Source: Mobula hypostoma (taxonomy: Eukaryota). Taken from it: a DNA stretch of 64,000 nucleotides. Positions 12,301-27,300 of this stretch are shown one piece after another. The DNA lies in assembly GCF_963921235.1 (NCBI RefSeq), contig NC_086108.1, positions 69,814,001 to 69,878,000 on the forward strand, read 5' to 3'. The number at the start of each line of letters is the position of its first letter. Within the stretch, counting starts at the first letter, position 1. The translations under genes were made by a program, and so were the position numbers. Below the pieces are notes generated by a model. The model was not told the DNA's origin and ran no database searches. It saw nothing but the letters and a program-made list of their open reading frames with translations.

Positions 12301-15300
12301 TCAGCCCCACTCCTCGGCCTTCTCCCCGTAACCTTTGATGCCTTGGTCAGTCAAGAATCTATCAATTTACACCTTGAATACACCCAGTGACCTGGCCTCT
12401 ACAGCTGCCTGTGGTAACAAATTCCACAAATTCACCACCCTCCGGCTAAAGAGATTTCTCCACATCTCTGTTTTAATGGATACCCCTCAACCCTGAGGCT
12501 GTGCCCGCTTGTCCTAGACTCACCCACCACGAAAAACATCCTTTCCAAATCTACTCTGTCCAGGCCTTCCAACATTTGAAAGGTTTAAATTAGATCTCCT
12601 GCTCATCATTCTAAATTCCAGCAAGTACAGGCCCAGAGCCATCAAACGTTTGCATATGATAACCCTTTCATTCTCTGATTCATCCTTGTGTACCTCCTCT
12701 GAACCCTCTCCAATGCCAGCACATCTTTTCTTAGATAAGGTGCCCAAAACTGTTCACAAAACTCGAGGTGAGGCCTCACCAGTGCCTTGTGCAGCCTTAG
12801 CATCACATCCCTGCTCTTGTGTTCTAGACCTCTGGAAATGAATGCTACCATTGCATTTGCCTTCCTCACCACTGACTCAACCTGCAAGTTAACCTTCAGG
12901 ATGGTTCTGCACAAGTACTCCCAAGTCCCTTTGCACCTCAGAATTTTGGATTTTCTCTCTGTTTAGAAAATAGTCTGCACATGTTTTTCTTCCACCAAAG
13001 TGCATGATCATGATTTTCCAACACCGTATTTCATTTGCCACTTTCTTGCCCATTCTCTTAATCTGGCTAAGTCTTTCCATAGCCTTCCTGTTTCCTCAGC
13101 TACCGGCCCTCCACCAATCCTTGTATCATCTGCAAACTTTCCATTACCTAAATCATTGATATACAGCATAAAAAGAAGCGGTCCCAACAAGTGGAGTGAA
13201 ATTTGCTATTTTCTTGGCCTCTGGAACGATGCCAGAATCCAGTGATTCTTGGAAGATCACTACTAATGCTTCCACAGTCTCCATCACTATCACTTTCAGA
13301 ACCCAAGGCTGTAGTTCATCTGGTCTGGGTGATTTTTGTACCTTTAGGTCTTTCAGCTGTTTGAGCACCCTTGTTATTGTAACGGAACTCACTTCTCTTC
13401 CATCACACCCTTTAACACCTAGCGCACTGCTAGTGTCTTCCACAGTGAAGACTGAGCAAAATACTCATTTAATTCATCTGCCATCTCCTTGCCCCCCCCA
13501 TAATTAATTCTGCAGCCTCATTTTCTAGCACTCCTATATCTGTTCTCATCTCTTTTATTTTTTGTGTACTTGGAAAAAGCTTTTTCTATCCAGCTTGATA
13601 TTGTTTGCTAACTTGCTTTCATATTTCATCTTTTCCCTTCTAATTATTTTTTTAGTTGCTTTCTGTAGGTTTTTAAAAGCTTTCCAATCCCTATCTTCCT
13701 GCTAATTTTTGCTTTGTTGTATGCACTCTCTTTTGCTTTTACATTTGCTTTGACTTCCCTTGTAGGCCACAATTGCACTAATTTGCAATATGAGTACTTC
13801 TTTGTTTTTTGACTATCTCTATCCTGCACCTTCCTCATTTTCCCTAAAACTCAAGCCATTATGGCTCTGCTGTCATTCCTAACTGCATCTCCTTCAAATT
13901 TACTTTGGCCAGCACCTCTCTCATACCGCTATAATTTCCTTTACTCCACTGAAATACTGCTACATCAGGCTTTACTTTCTCCCTATCAAGTTTCAAATTG
14001 TGATCACTGCCTCCTAAGTGTTCCTTTACCTTAAGCTATCAAATCATCTCTGGTTCTTCACATAACACCTAATCCAGTATAGCTGATCCCCCAGTAGGCT
14101 CAGTGACAAACTGCTCTAAAAAGTAATCTCATTGGCATTCAACAAATTCACTCACTTGGGATCCATTGGCAACCTGATTTTCCCAATCTACCTGCATGTT
14201 AAAATCTGCCATGATTATCATAACATTGCCCTTTTGACATGCCTTTTCTATTTCCTGTTGTAATCTGTGGTCCACATCCCATCTACTGTTGGGAGGCCTG
14301 TATATAACTGATATCAGAGTCCTTTTACCCTTGCAGTTTCTTAACTCATCCTACAAGGATTCAACATCTTCCAATCCCATGTCTTGCCTTTCTAATGATT
14401 TGATGCCATTCTTCACCAGCATCCCATCCCTCCTATCCCTCCATAACAAATTTGTAACCTTGTACATTCAGCTCCAAGCTACAACTATCCGTCAGCCACG
14501 ATTTAGTGATGGCACAACATCATACCTGACGATCTGTAAAAGTACAACAAGATCATCCACCTTATTTCTTATGCTCCATGCACTGAGATATAACACTTTG
14601 AGTAATGTATTTGCTACCCTTTTTTGATACTCCATCCCTAATGCACTGATGCTTACCCTGCTGACTGCAATTTTGTCCTATCATCTGGCTGCCCTTCCTG
14701 ACAGTCTGACTGCACACTATCTTTGCTTTTTTTCCCTACCATCTGCCCTATCCTGAGTCCCTTCACCCTGCTTCCCATCCTAGTGCTAATTTAGTTTACA
14801 CCTTCCTCAGCTGCTCTTCAAACCTGCCCGTGAGAATATTGGTCCCCCTTGGGTTCAGGTACAAATTGTTACTTTTGAACAGGTCATATCTCCCCCAGAG
14901 GCGATCCCAATGATCCAAGAACCTGAAGCCCTTTCCCCTGACCAGCTTCTCAGCCACACATTTATCTGCCAAATCATCCTGTTTTTACCCTCACTGGAGT
15001 GTGGCCCATTTAGCAATCCAGAAATTACTACTATGGAGGTCCTGCTTCTCAGCTTTCTACATAGCTCTCTAAATTCTCTCTTCAGGACCTCATTGCTTTT
15101 CCTTCCTGTCATTGGTACCAATGTGTACCAAAATATTCAGCTGCTCTCCCTCCCTCTGTAAAATGCTGTGGATGCAGTCTGAGATGCCCCTGACCCTGGC
15201 ACCTGGGAGGCAACAGACCATCTGGGTGTCCTGTTGACGTTCACAGAATCTCCTGTCTGTTCATCTGACTATTGACTCCCCTATCACTATTGCTCCCTTC

Positions 15301-18300
15301 TTCTCCCTCTTTTCCTTCTGTAGCACATACTCATGCTCAGTACCAGTAACCTGGTCTCCGTTGCATTCCCTTGGGAGCTAATCCTCCATATCAGTATCCA
15401 AAACAGTATACTCATTATTGAGGGGAATGGCCACGTGGGTGCTCTGTGCTAACTGCCTGTTTGCCTTCCAGTTTCTTCTCCTGACAGTTACCTAGCTACC
15501 TGCCTCCTGCAACTTGGGTATGACTACTTCCCTGTAGCTCCAATCGATGAATTCCTCACTCTCCCTTACAAGCCAAAGATTATCCAGCTGCTGGCCCAGA
15601 TCCCTAACACAGTCTTCAAGGAGCTGCAGCTGGATGCACCACGCAGATGGTCCTTCTCTGGGAAATTTGGAGTCTCCCAACACTCCAACATCTGGCATGA
15701 AGAACACATAGTGGCCATTTAAACTACACTAGTACCCCTGACACAGTAAGTAAAAAGGGAAACTTAACAGAAACTTACCCAGAGCCAATGCCAATTCTGA
15801 GCTGAAGCCTCCTTTAAGCCAAAGCCTGACACTCCCACCCTCACCACTGGCCCACTCCCAACAGTGAGTGCTCCACTTGACTCTCTGCTACTTGCGCCGA
15901 CCTGTGAGAAACCTCCTCACTGTACGCTGTTCTGGTTGCTGATTGGGAATGACACCAAACTCCTGCAAAGCTCTCCTTTTAAACTGTTGTCTCTTCTGTC
16001 TGCAGAACATTGTCCCAGAAGCATTGTCAAACATTCAGGTGATCTTTTGTAAACTTGAGACTTACAGCAATATTTGTTTCAGAGAGCAGTGGGTTCTTCT
16101 GTGGTGTCCTTCCATGAATACCATTCTTACTCAGAGTTTTTCTTTTAGTGGACATGTGAACAGAGACTCCCACTTCTACAGATTTCTGCAGGTCTTTTGC
16201 TGTTACCGTGGCTTCTTTTTCACCTTCTTCAGCATTGCACATTGTGCTCTTGGTGTGATCTTTGAGGGACGCACACTCCTAGGGAGAGTAGCAACAGTAC
16301 TAAATTTCCTCCATTTGTAGACAATTTCTCTTACTGTGGACTGATGAACACCCAGGTCTTTAGAAAAGCTTTTGTAGCCTTTTCCAGCTTCATGCATCTC
16401 TACAATTCTTCTCGGGTCCTCTGAAAGTTGTTTTGATTGAGGCACGGTGTACATAAACAGATCTTTCTTGAGATGAGCAGGCTCTGTCAGTAACCTGACT
16501 TTGTGTCTTTTTTAATAGGCTAGGACACCTCTACAACCCACAACTCCAATCTTATTTCATTGATTGGAACACCTTGCTGCAAATAGCTTTTGTAGAAGGC
16601 ATTACCCCAGAGGTTCACATACTTTTTTGAACTTAGACTGTGAATGATTAAATAATGTGCTCAATAAAGACATGATAAGTACAATTGTTCATGTGTTATT
16701 ACTTTAGACAGGTTGGGTTTGTCTAATATTGTGACTTAGAAGACGATTAGACCACATTTTATGAGTAATTAATGTAGAAAACCAGGTAATGCGAAGGGTT
16801 CACAAATGGTTTCTTGCATCTGTACATTTCGCAGGGTAAACAAGCTGCTCTTGAATTATGTCAGGATCTGGTTTTGACCTTGTGATGTAGAAATTTTAAC
16901 TTCGATAGTTTGTGAAAGCAGAGATCATTCTCCTCTCATTGCGTGGTTGAGTTCAGCCATGTGTGGAATCATGTACTAAGCTGATGTTCTACATTTTGTT
17001 ACTGCAGTACTAAGCTGGCCTCCATTTCCACCCAGTCTGATTATTTTTGTACAGTTCTCATCTTGATGCAGAACTAATCATGCCAGGAGTTCAAAGGCAC
17101 TGTTCACTATCAAGCTGCAGAAATGCAGAGTTCCAACTTAGAAATCAACACACCCAATTTTGTTTCCACAGATGCTGCTTGACCTGCTGAGTTCTTCCAG
17201 CAGTTTATTTTTTTGCTGTAGAAATGTAGAATTTTGTTGCTCAATTATTATGCCTACATGTTCAAGTTTGTTTAAATACGTTCTTGAGAAAAATAGATTG
17301 CTGCAATTCATCTTTTTCTGCTTGTTCTGAAATGTAGAGGTAGGCTACTAACTGGAAAGTGTTCAGAAAATATTCAGGTTTTCATCCACCAATGATAAGG
17401 CAATGGTGGTATAGGTTCCAGTTAGGGGAAATATGATCTGGAAGTGGTGGACCCACACATCACTACTTCAGTCCTGCATGGTGGCCTCAACCTTTAGATT
17501 GGTGACCTTCTCTCATTCCCTTTGGTCAGCAGTCCTTTCTGGTGTATAAAGCCAAGTTTCAAGTTATATCTAACTATTATTGTCACTTTTCTGTCTTTCC
17601 TATTCACAACTGCAGCTGAGCACACAACTCTCCATTTTATTAGTTCTTTCTTTAGGTAAGGTTAGCAGTTCCATCTAGTCCATCTTTTTCCCAGGGCAAA
17701 GATTGAAGGTGAAAAGGGGAAGAACTAAAGGGGATCGTCACGCAGAGGATGCTGGGTAAATGTTACAAGCTGCCCGAGGAAATGGCAGAGTAGGGTACAG
17801 TTACAACATTTTAAAAGACATTTGCACCAGAATGTGAATACAAAAGTTTTAGAGGTATATGGACAAATGCAGGCAAGTGGGACGAGCTCATGTCGTCTGC
17901 TTGGTTGGCATTGATGGGTGGGGCTGAAGGGTCTGTATCTGTGCTTCATTACTCTGAAGTCTAAGGGGGCATGTATCAGGATCTGCGTGCATGTTTGTTA
18001 GTAGCTTGGCAGGTGCAGTCTCAATTAGCTTGATACCTTGGTAGTACTGAAAGTAATATACCATTTGTGCTTCTGTGGAGACATCTATTTTATGGATAAT
18101 TTTTCATTTTCATATATTTGTGATGCTCATTGTCACTTGTTCTAGTTCCTTTGGAAATGAAATCTGTGTGTGAGTTCTTGTTGCTGATGCAATGGAATAT
18201 GAAACATGCTGAACATGCTTTATGCAGTATTATTTGTCTGGTAGTTGTCTTTAGTTACTACTTTAATCAGCTAATCTAGCGGATTCACATAATGAAAATT

Positions 18301-21300
18301 AATGGCTATCAAAACTAGGTTAATTGTCCCAAAAATTTACAAAATTCTTAATATCAACTGAATGTAAAAACAACTACCCTGGTCAGAAAAGGCATTGCAA
18401 ATTCAATTCAGTTAGTTACATCTTTTCAAAATTGTTGGCCAATGGAATATTTTACATAACTGTGCAGATGACAACAGCCAGAGGCACATTTCTTCCATCT
18501 TTTTTCTAAGTTGTCTTATCCTGCCAGTGCTTCCCCATGGGCAGATAGTTTACAAAGCACATTTTATGCAGTTTCACCAATTTGTGCTGAGTACATGAGA
18601 CCAGAGCAGCATTCAGTATTTTTCCAGTTATTCTCCCGAGAGAACATCAGAAATACTGAGTGTTCTCCCATTGGCCATGCAGGAAAGAATATGATCCTGC
18701 TAAATGCAGAATAAATATAATCTCTTCATAATAATCCAGAAAACTGGGACTCACATTATATCATGTTACTATTAAGTCATAAATCTCAGTTGGAGCTGTT
18801 ACAGTATGTTTCAAATGTTATTTGTTACTGAAAAATGTGAACTAAGATCATTTCTTCATTATACCTTTGTATCTGGTATAATGAATGCTCATCCCAAAAG
18901 TAAAACATAAGAAAAACAATATAATTTTTTTCAAACAAGAAACAGCAAAAACAAAAATGCTACCTTGCTTTAAACAGCCTTGACATACATTGCCTATAAA
19001 ACCCCTCTTGGAAGTTTTCATGTTTTATTGTTTTACAACACTGAAGCAATCAATTTGGCTTTTTTGACACTAATCAACAGAAGAAGGATTCTTTCGTGTC
19101 AATGTGAAAACAGTTCTCTACAAAGTTATCTAAATTAATTACAAACAAAAACACAAAATAATTGATTGCATAGTATTCACTCCTATTAATATAACACACC
19201 AAGGCATCACTGGTGACTTTAGAAGTCACATAATTAGTTATATGGCGATCATTGTGTGCAGTCAGGTGTTTCAATTGATTGTAGTAAAAATACACCTTCC
19301 AGAGAAGGTCCAGCTGCTGGTGAGTCAGTCTCCTGGCAAAAACTACACCATGAAGACAAAAGAATACTCTAAGCAACTCTGCGAAAAGGTTATTGAAAAG
19401 CACAAGTCAAGAGATGGATACAAGAAAATTTCCAAGTCACTGAATATCCCTTGGAGTACAGTTAAGTCAATCATCAAGAAATGGAAGGAATATGGCACAG
19501 CTGTAACTCTGCCTTGAGCACTCCATCCTCAAAAACTTGAGTGACCGTGCAAGAAGGAGATAGTGAGGGAGGCCACCAAAAGTCCTATGACAACTCTGGA
19601 GGAGTTACAGTGGCTGAGATGGGAGAGACTGCACACACAGCTGTTGCCCAGTTATTTCACCAGTCGCAGCTTTATGGTAGAGTGGCAAAGGGAAAGCTAC
19701 TGTTGTGGGGGGGGGGGGCCTCACATGAAACCTTGGCTAGAGTTTTCCAGAAAGCATGTGGGAGATGCTGAAGTCAGCTGAAAGAAGGTTCTATGGTCTG
19801 ATGAAACCAAAATTGAGCTTTTCGCCGATCAGACTATACCCTATGTGAAGGTAGAGGGTAAAATGAATGCAACAAAATACAGGGAAATCTTGGAGGAAAA
19901 CCTGGTGCAATCTGCAAGAGAACTGTGACTTGGGAGAAGATTTGTTTTCCCACAAGACAATGACCCCAAGCTTAAAGCCAAAGCTACACAGGACTGGCTT
20001 AAAAATAATAAAGTTAATGTCCTGGAGTAACCATATCAGTGTCCAGACCTCAATCCAATTGAGAATTTGTGGCTGGACTTGAAAAGGGCTGTTCACTCAC
20101 GATCCCCATGCAATCAGACAGAGATTGAGCAGTTTTGTAAAGACGAGTTGGGGAAAAATTGCAGTGTCCAGATGTGCAAAGCTGATATAGAGACCTATCC
20201 TCACAGACTCAAGACTGTAATTGCAGCCAAAGGTACATCTATTAAATGCTGACTTGAAGGGGGTGAATACTTGTCCAATCAATTATTTAGTATTTCTTAT
20301 TTGTAATTAATTTAGATCACTTTGTAGAGGTTTGTTTTCACCTTGACATGAAAGAGTCTTTCCGTTGCACAGTGTCAAAGCCAAATTAAATCCAATGTGA
20401 TTCAATATTGTAAAACAATAAAACTTGAAAACTTCCAAGGGGGGTGATACTTATAGGCACTGTATTTTCAAAACTATTACTATGTAGCTATTGAATTATG
20501 GCTCCAGTTTTTAAAAAAAGTAAGCATTTAAATTCTGGGCACATTTAGTTTGAAGTATACTAATGATTACCTAAGCTCTAAATGGGTTATTTTAGACTTT
20601 GCCCAGTTGTTTAACAGTGTCTTGAAAAATTCTTTCTTTCTAAAATTTTAAGGACCAAAGTAATGAGGAGAAGCACGCAAATGGAATGATAGTAAGTTTG
20701 TAAATTAGTATGATACTTTGTTATTCTATCCTATGTCTTATGGTCTTTTCTTTCTTACTTGGTTATACGCTACAAGGGAAAAAGTGATTTGCAATGTAGT
20801 TGATAAAGAAATCCTATATCGTTATAGGTTTCTGGATGTTCAATTACTGATTTGCTGCTGTTTACTTACTCTTCTGGTTGCTTCCATTTCTTGTATGTCT
20901 TCTCTAGCTTGGCATCTACAGTGATTTGTAAAAGCATTACAAATTACACGAATATTGATGTTCCTGTTATTATAAATGTCCAGATGTATTCATGACTGAT
21001 TGAATTAGTGCCTTAAACTAAAACTGTATGATATTACTGCCTTGTATTGTTTCCCAGGTTTTTAGATTACAACAAAAATACAAGCATTCATTTTGACGTC
21101 TGTGAGGTTTAGCATGACCGTAATCAGTTACTGGACTGCAGTTTGCAGCCAAACAGGGAACATTTAGTGCTTCAGAGCTACTGTATGTGTAGATGCTGGG
21201 TTATGGAACTCTGAACCTTAAAATGGTATCATCTTTTTGAAAATCAGTAATGCTGGTTTCTGGAATTCATGAAATTCTCTATCCAGCTTGTGGACTTCTT

Positions 21301-24300
21301 TTAATATTTGTTTGGCATTCATTTGCCTGGTTGTAGAATTAGATGCTGTTTAACTTTTGAAACCCTGCTATGGTTTCAGTGTGCTGCCTGCTGGTATTTT
21401 TGTTGAATGTTGTGTAGCATCACATTGTGTACTGTCCAAAATGCTGAGAATAAATGAATCCAGGTTTTGATAGGATTCATCTGTGACATGGTAAGTTTTA
21501 TAAATGTGTTCATTTATTACTATTTGTTGCTTTCAATTACTGAATGCACCGGGTTCATTAACTTGAAATGTAAAAGCCTATAATTTGTTTAAATGTAAAT
21601 ATTTTCTTTATTGCAAAGCATTGCTCTTGAAATACCTCAATTAATGTTACTTGAAATAATGCTTTTAATTATTTACATGTACTAATATGAACTGCATGTC
21701 ATGTTTTCTTTTTGACATAATCCATGTTTCATATTTTGGACTGATAAATTTCACAACATATGTCAGTGATAATAAACCTGATTCTGATTCTTGGCTGTAT
21801 GCTATTTGTTGAATCCTAATTCTTTCCGCAAAATGCCATAGTCATGCTGTTCAAAAATTCAAACTTGGATATTCATTTAGAATTTTAGAATTGAGATATC
21901 ATGTCACAAATGTGTATGTTTTCAAGATTGTTGCTTGTCTTACTTCATTAAGGTAGTAACTTGATACTTTTGAGCATCTCTTTAAAATTTTAGAAGTATA
22001 TTTTTGATCCTTTTTAGAAAATTTACCAGTACTCCTAGCAACAATATACAGTCACAATCTGTGGAAGCATTTGTATGCATTTTCAAACGTTATAATGTTA
22101 CAAAAAGTTGTGTTAAAGAAGGGCAGGCATGGCACATTTGGTAAACTGTGCTTTCATAATTGAAACAACTGAATAGCAAAAGAAAAGCAAATCCTGCACA
22201 TCATAAATCACAGGACACATTTATGTAAGCCTTCGTGCTGATAATTGCTCAAGTAACTGGATCAAATTTAATTGATTACCATGTTAATTGTTATTAGTTT
22301 TATAATCCTTCCTCTTCTTTTAAATTTCTCCTCCCCTCTCTCTCAGGTTTTAGCTGACTTCCACTCTGGATCTGTTTCTGTGCCCTGATGCTATCCAATA
22401 TTAGTATGGTGATGCAACAACCTTTTAACTTTTTTTTTCTGATCTCTCCAGAGTACAATCAACCCAGTGGATGGCGTTTTTCAGCCCAATCCTTTGGAGT
22501 CAGCTGTAATTAGCACTATGCCTACCCAAACTGTTTTACCACCAGGTATATAGTTACATCAAATAGTATGTACAATCATATAGCTGAAGCACATGATATT
22601 ATACTTTGAAAATACAGTTGATTGGCTCCAGTATTAGTTTGCTGTCTTTGGGTTTTTAATAATAGTTTTGTGCTTAGAGTTATTAAAATAGTATTATCCA
22701 ACCTAATTAATAGTGATAACACTTAAGGAAAACGGGTAGCAATTATATTTTTGCTTGTGATTGGTAGATAGTAATGTGTAACTTGCAACTGTTACTTAAT
22801 CAAGCTATGGTTTACTTATTTACATAATTGAAAATTTGCCCTTGGGAGAGAGCGAATTCCTAGGTATGTTCTTGAGAGCAGTACTTTCAAGTAAAAGCAT
22901 ATCCATTTTCATTTTTTTCAACCTTGTAGATGGCAGTATTATAAGACTCTCTAGTAAAAAATGTGCTTTTAATTTTTTTGAGGTGAATTATTTTGAGAGA
23001 AACAACTTATCTGGGTTTTGTAGTTTTTGCACTATCTTCCATCATGCCTAATGGTTTCCATATATCACAATTATTTCTGCAACTACTACTGTATCTTCAT
23101 ATGTCTGTAATTGAGGGGTAAAATAATTTGTAATATCCAAATTTGGCCAATATCTCATCCTCTTTCAAGGTCCCGCTATAAAGAATATGTCATGGAATTA
23201 TGTGAATTGCTATGTTTTGTTGAGGCAATCAAATAATTTGATATCCAACTAAAGGAGTCAGTATGTGACTTGTATGAGTGGGATACATTTTAATCTGTTC
23301 ATCCAGTCCTCTCAAGCTATTCCTCTTCCAAGTGCTTTTACATCTGTTAAATCCTATCAACTGTGTGTCTTTGAAAAAAAAATCAAATTAAATTTCTCTC
23401 CAAGTGAATCACCTGCTTTTCTTTACGTGACCCCTGCAGTGATTACCACGCATTTGTATGACATTTAAATATATACAAGGTAGGATTTAGAAAGGAAGTA
23501 TGCATTAATTCAGTGTTACTGTTTACAAATGTATTATGAAAACTGTCTTGCTTACTTAATTGGTAGTCAAAAAGTAAAATTATATGATTACTTCGTTACT
23601 TCATTAAGTGAAAGATCTTGTGTTTTGTATTTGCAGGTAGATTCAATTTTGTTGCAAATTTAATTTACTGACTTAAGATTTACATAGATGACTTTGTCAA
23701 ATGACTGGTGATGTTAATGGGTCTTGTGATTATTGCATAGATGCCATTCAGTGAATTTAGGCACAGGAAGATGCATAATTGAGAGCAAAAGTTGAGAAGC
23801 TGTTGTTAATAATGATGCGAAGATTAGTGGAGTTGTGGATCAGGAGTATGGTTTCCTTAGGCCACAGAAAGATATAGATCATATGGAAAGAGGGCAGGGT
23901 GGTGGCAGATGGGATTTATTCTGACCAAATAAGGAGCATTTCATTTTGAGTTGTCTAATACTGGCCAAACTTGGCTAGTAATGGCTGGGAACTTGTAAAT
24001 GTTGATGTGCAAGTTTATAATTCCCTGGAAATGTTGACAAGAGTGCAGTGGGTAGTGAAGATGATGTTCAGGTTGCTTCCCTTCATTGACAGGGGTATTG
24101 AGTTGGCAAAATTATGTTGCAGCAGCTGAAAAAGATATTAGCTAGGCTACAGTTAGACTGGTGTATGCATTACCAGGAGTGAAGCGTTTCAGTTATAGGA
24201 AGATAGTAGGGATTCAAGAAGCTGAGGAGCAACCTTTATAGAGGTTCATAAAATTGAGGAGCATAGATAAGTTAGGTATCCAGTCTTTTTCAAGGGTATG

Positions 24301-27300
24301 GGAGTTCAAACCAGAGGCCGTAGTTTTATGGTGAGGAGGGTATCTGAGGTGCAAGTTTTTCCACACAGAGGATGGTGAGTATATGAAACAAACTGCTAGT
24401 GGAGGTGATAGAGCTGGATACAATCACAGTGTTGAAAATGCTTTTGTTCGGACTCATGAGTAGGAAAGGAATAGAGGGATATGGACAATATTCACAAAAA
24501 TAATATTAGCATGAATAAATCTCTATTAGCATGAACAAGTTGTTCTATGCTGAGAAGTCTATTTATGCTAGTAAATGGGCATTCAGTAACAGGGTCATAG
24601 GACCTGTTTCTCTCTGTGGCTTACTGTCGTATGTATCTGCAAAACAAGCCAAATTTGTCCTGATTGATTCAGTATGATACAGCAGTGCAGTAACTATGTT
24701 AGTGGACTTGTCATCCTGAGCTTAAGACAATCAGTAGAGTTACTAGGACTTGATGTTTCAATCCCTATGGTAAGTCAGCACTCTCGATGTTGGCAGTGGG
24801 CTTGGAGTGGTGACAAGGAGGGAGGGTAGGTACGTGATCGGGGTCACCAGGTGGGCACCCTCCTTCTTTGACGTTTCGTTGATAAGCCCACGACGTCTCC
24901 AGAGGGCTCAACGGTGCTACCTGGTGTCCCAGATACACCCCCCTCAGTTCCATACCCTCCTGTCTTCATTTTTCAGCCCAGTTGTTTTCTTTCCTTTTCA
25001 TCCAAATCCACTTGCTGCTTTCTTCTGCTGCATTTGACAAGGACTTGATTGCTTGTTGGAGGGAGTGACCCCTCACCCCCATCTTCTTCAATAGACTGGT
25101 TGTAGATGTAGCAACGAATCCCCTGCATCCCACTTTTACAGGGAAAATCTTGGTCTTCCAGCCATTCTGGGCAGCTTTAGTTGACAGTACAGAGTACTTG
25201 GTCTTTTTCCTCTCATAAGCTTCTTTGACACCATCTTTCCATGGTACTGTCAATTCCACAACATATGCCAGCTTGCAAAAATATAATCACATCATACCAT
25301 AGAAGCTTGGTGGTTAAATACACTCAAATAAAATCTGGAAATAATCAACCATTGGGTTATTATTAAAAATCCATTTTATTTACAGATATTTTGGGGGAAG
25401 TAAATCTGCTATCTTGTTTTGCTTGGAAGTAACTACAGAATTATAGTAATAAGATAAAAGTCTTGGGTTTGACCACATTACTGTTGCATTAGAACTGATG
25501 ACCTTATGCTTGTCTTGCTAATGTTGCTCATGTGAGAGTTGGGAAAAAATTATCTATGTGCAAAACGTTGGTAGTAGATTTCCTTGACAAGACAGTAAGC
25601 AACAATTGTTGTTGGTTAGACTTTTCTTTGATTATATAATGGGCCAAGTTTTACTGTAAATGCAAAGATGAGAATTACAACTCATGGGAATCAGTCCTCC
25701 ATCTCTGCTTTAATCTAATTTTTATTTCTTTTTAAATTTTATTCTTTGAAGTGAATGCCAAAATGCTACACTGCTCTGACTTATATCTACTGGTTCAGAT
25801 TCTTCACTGCTCATTAATGATTCACTTGGCTGGTTAAACTAATACCCAGTTGCTTGCACTTTAAGCAAAGATTTAGATTCCCTCCTGATGATAAAGCCAC
25901 AGTTTGAACTTTCCACTGAGTTTGCATTGCAAAGGACCATATGAAATGTTTTTTAAATGCTGAACTGAATTTTCATCCATGATTTGTTCCAGTCTGTGTA
26001 ACCAGAGCAATTAACTGTGCATCTTCCTCACCAATCCATCTGAGGAATTGTGAAAATTATTTTTTTCTCTATTCCTTGTAATCAAATTCTGCTGTCCTCT
26101 AGTTATTACTTAAGAAGAATGGACTAATAATTTGCAGACCTGACAACCTACCTTACTGGCCTCCAACTTTAAAAAAATTGAAGGAAGTGGCAGTGATTAT
26201 TATAAAAGTATATAGAATTATCAGAACAAGTTTTGAGGGGGTGGGGTGGTTTGCGATAACAAGTAGAGTTTACATAGTTCTTTACAAGTTCCAGCTAGGC
26301 TTTTTCATTATGACAAACAGATCTCACAAAAATTAAGGTTCTTTGGCACCAAGGGAAGGTAACAAGTTGGAACTCAGTTGCACTCTGGGGAAGGAAATAT
26401 TTGGCTGAGCTTGTAGTGACTGGGAAGCTGCTTGCAATGTGATTCAATGGGTTCCTTCCTTCTGAGTTAAATTTAGTAAAGGGATAAAATACTCAAGGAG
26501 GGCCATTTCCCATAGCCTAGGTCTTAAAATAGATCTGCTCATTTCAAAGAATTGGAGGGAGTTAAGGAAACATTTTTAATTTGCCAAAATTGGAAGAAAC
26601 TGGAGTTCCCTAACTCAAAGGGTGATAGCCATAGAAACTGGGGAGGAGGGACAATAAAAAGTAATAAGCCACAGTGTACAGAGTTGTAGGCTGAACTAGG
26701 AAGTGGTAAATGCCTCTTCCCTCTGCTGTTAGTGCCACGATTCTATGATCAAAGTGAGAGGAAGAAAGATTTATAATTGACAATGCCAGATAAAGTTTGA
26801 GAGTGATAATCTACAATTATAATATGTAATTCTTTGTGTCAAGGAATTTTTATCACTCGGCATCATATTCTGAGAAATGATTTGAAGATTATTTGAGTTG
26901 GTTTTCAGTGGTGAATATACTTCATAGCTACAATGGAAATGTGGGTACTTTATGTAGCCCAATGTGTTAACTGGTAGGGAGCTGGAAGTCTGTGCAGACC
27001 AACTGGCTGGAATGTTCAAGGACCTCTTTAATCTCTCACTGCTACATTTGAAGATTCTAACCTGCTTCAAAAGTTCAACAGTCACACCAATGTCTAAGAA
27101 GAGTAGAGTAAGCTGCCTGTATGATTAACACCTGGTAGCACTCTCATTTACTGTGAAGGAGTGCTTTGAAATCATGACAGAATTAACTTCTACTGGAGTA
27201 AGAACCTGGACCTATTGCTATCATCCCATCAGTACTGATTACCAGGCTTCAAAATCTGGACCTGGATCTGGATTATCATCTTTCTTATCAAAAGATCCTC

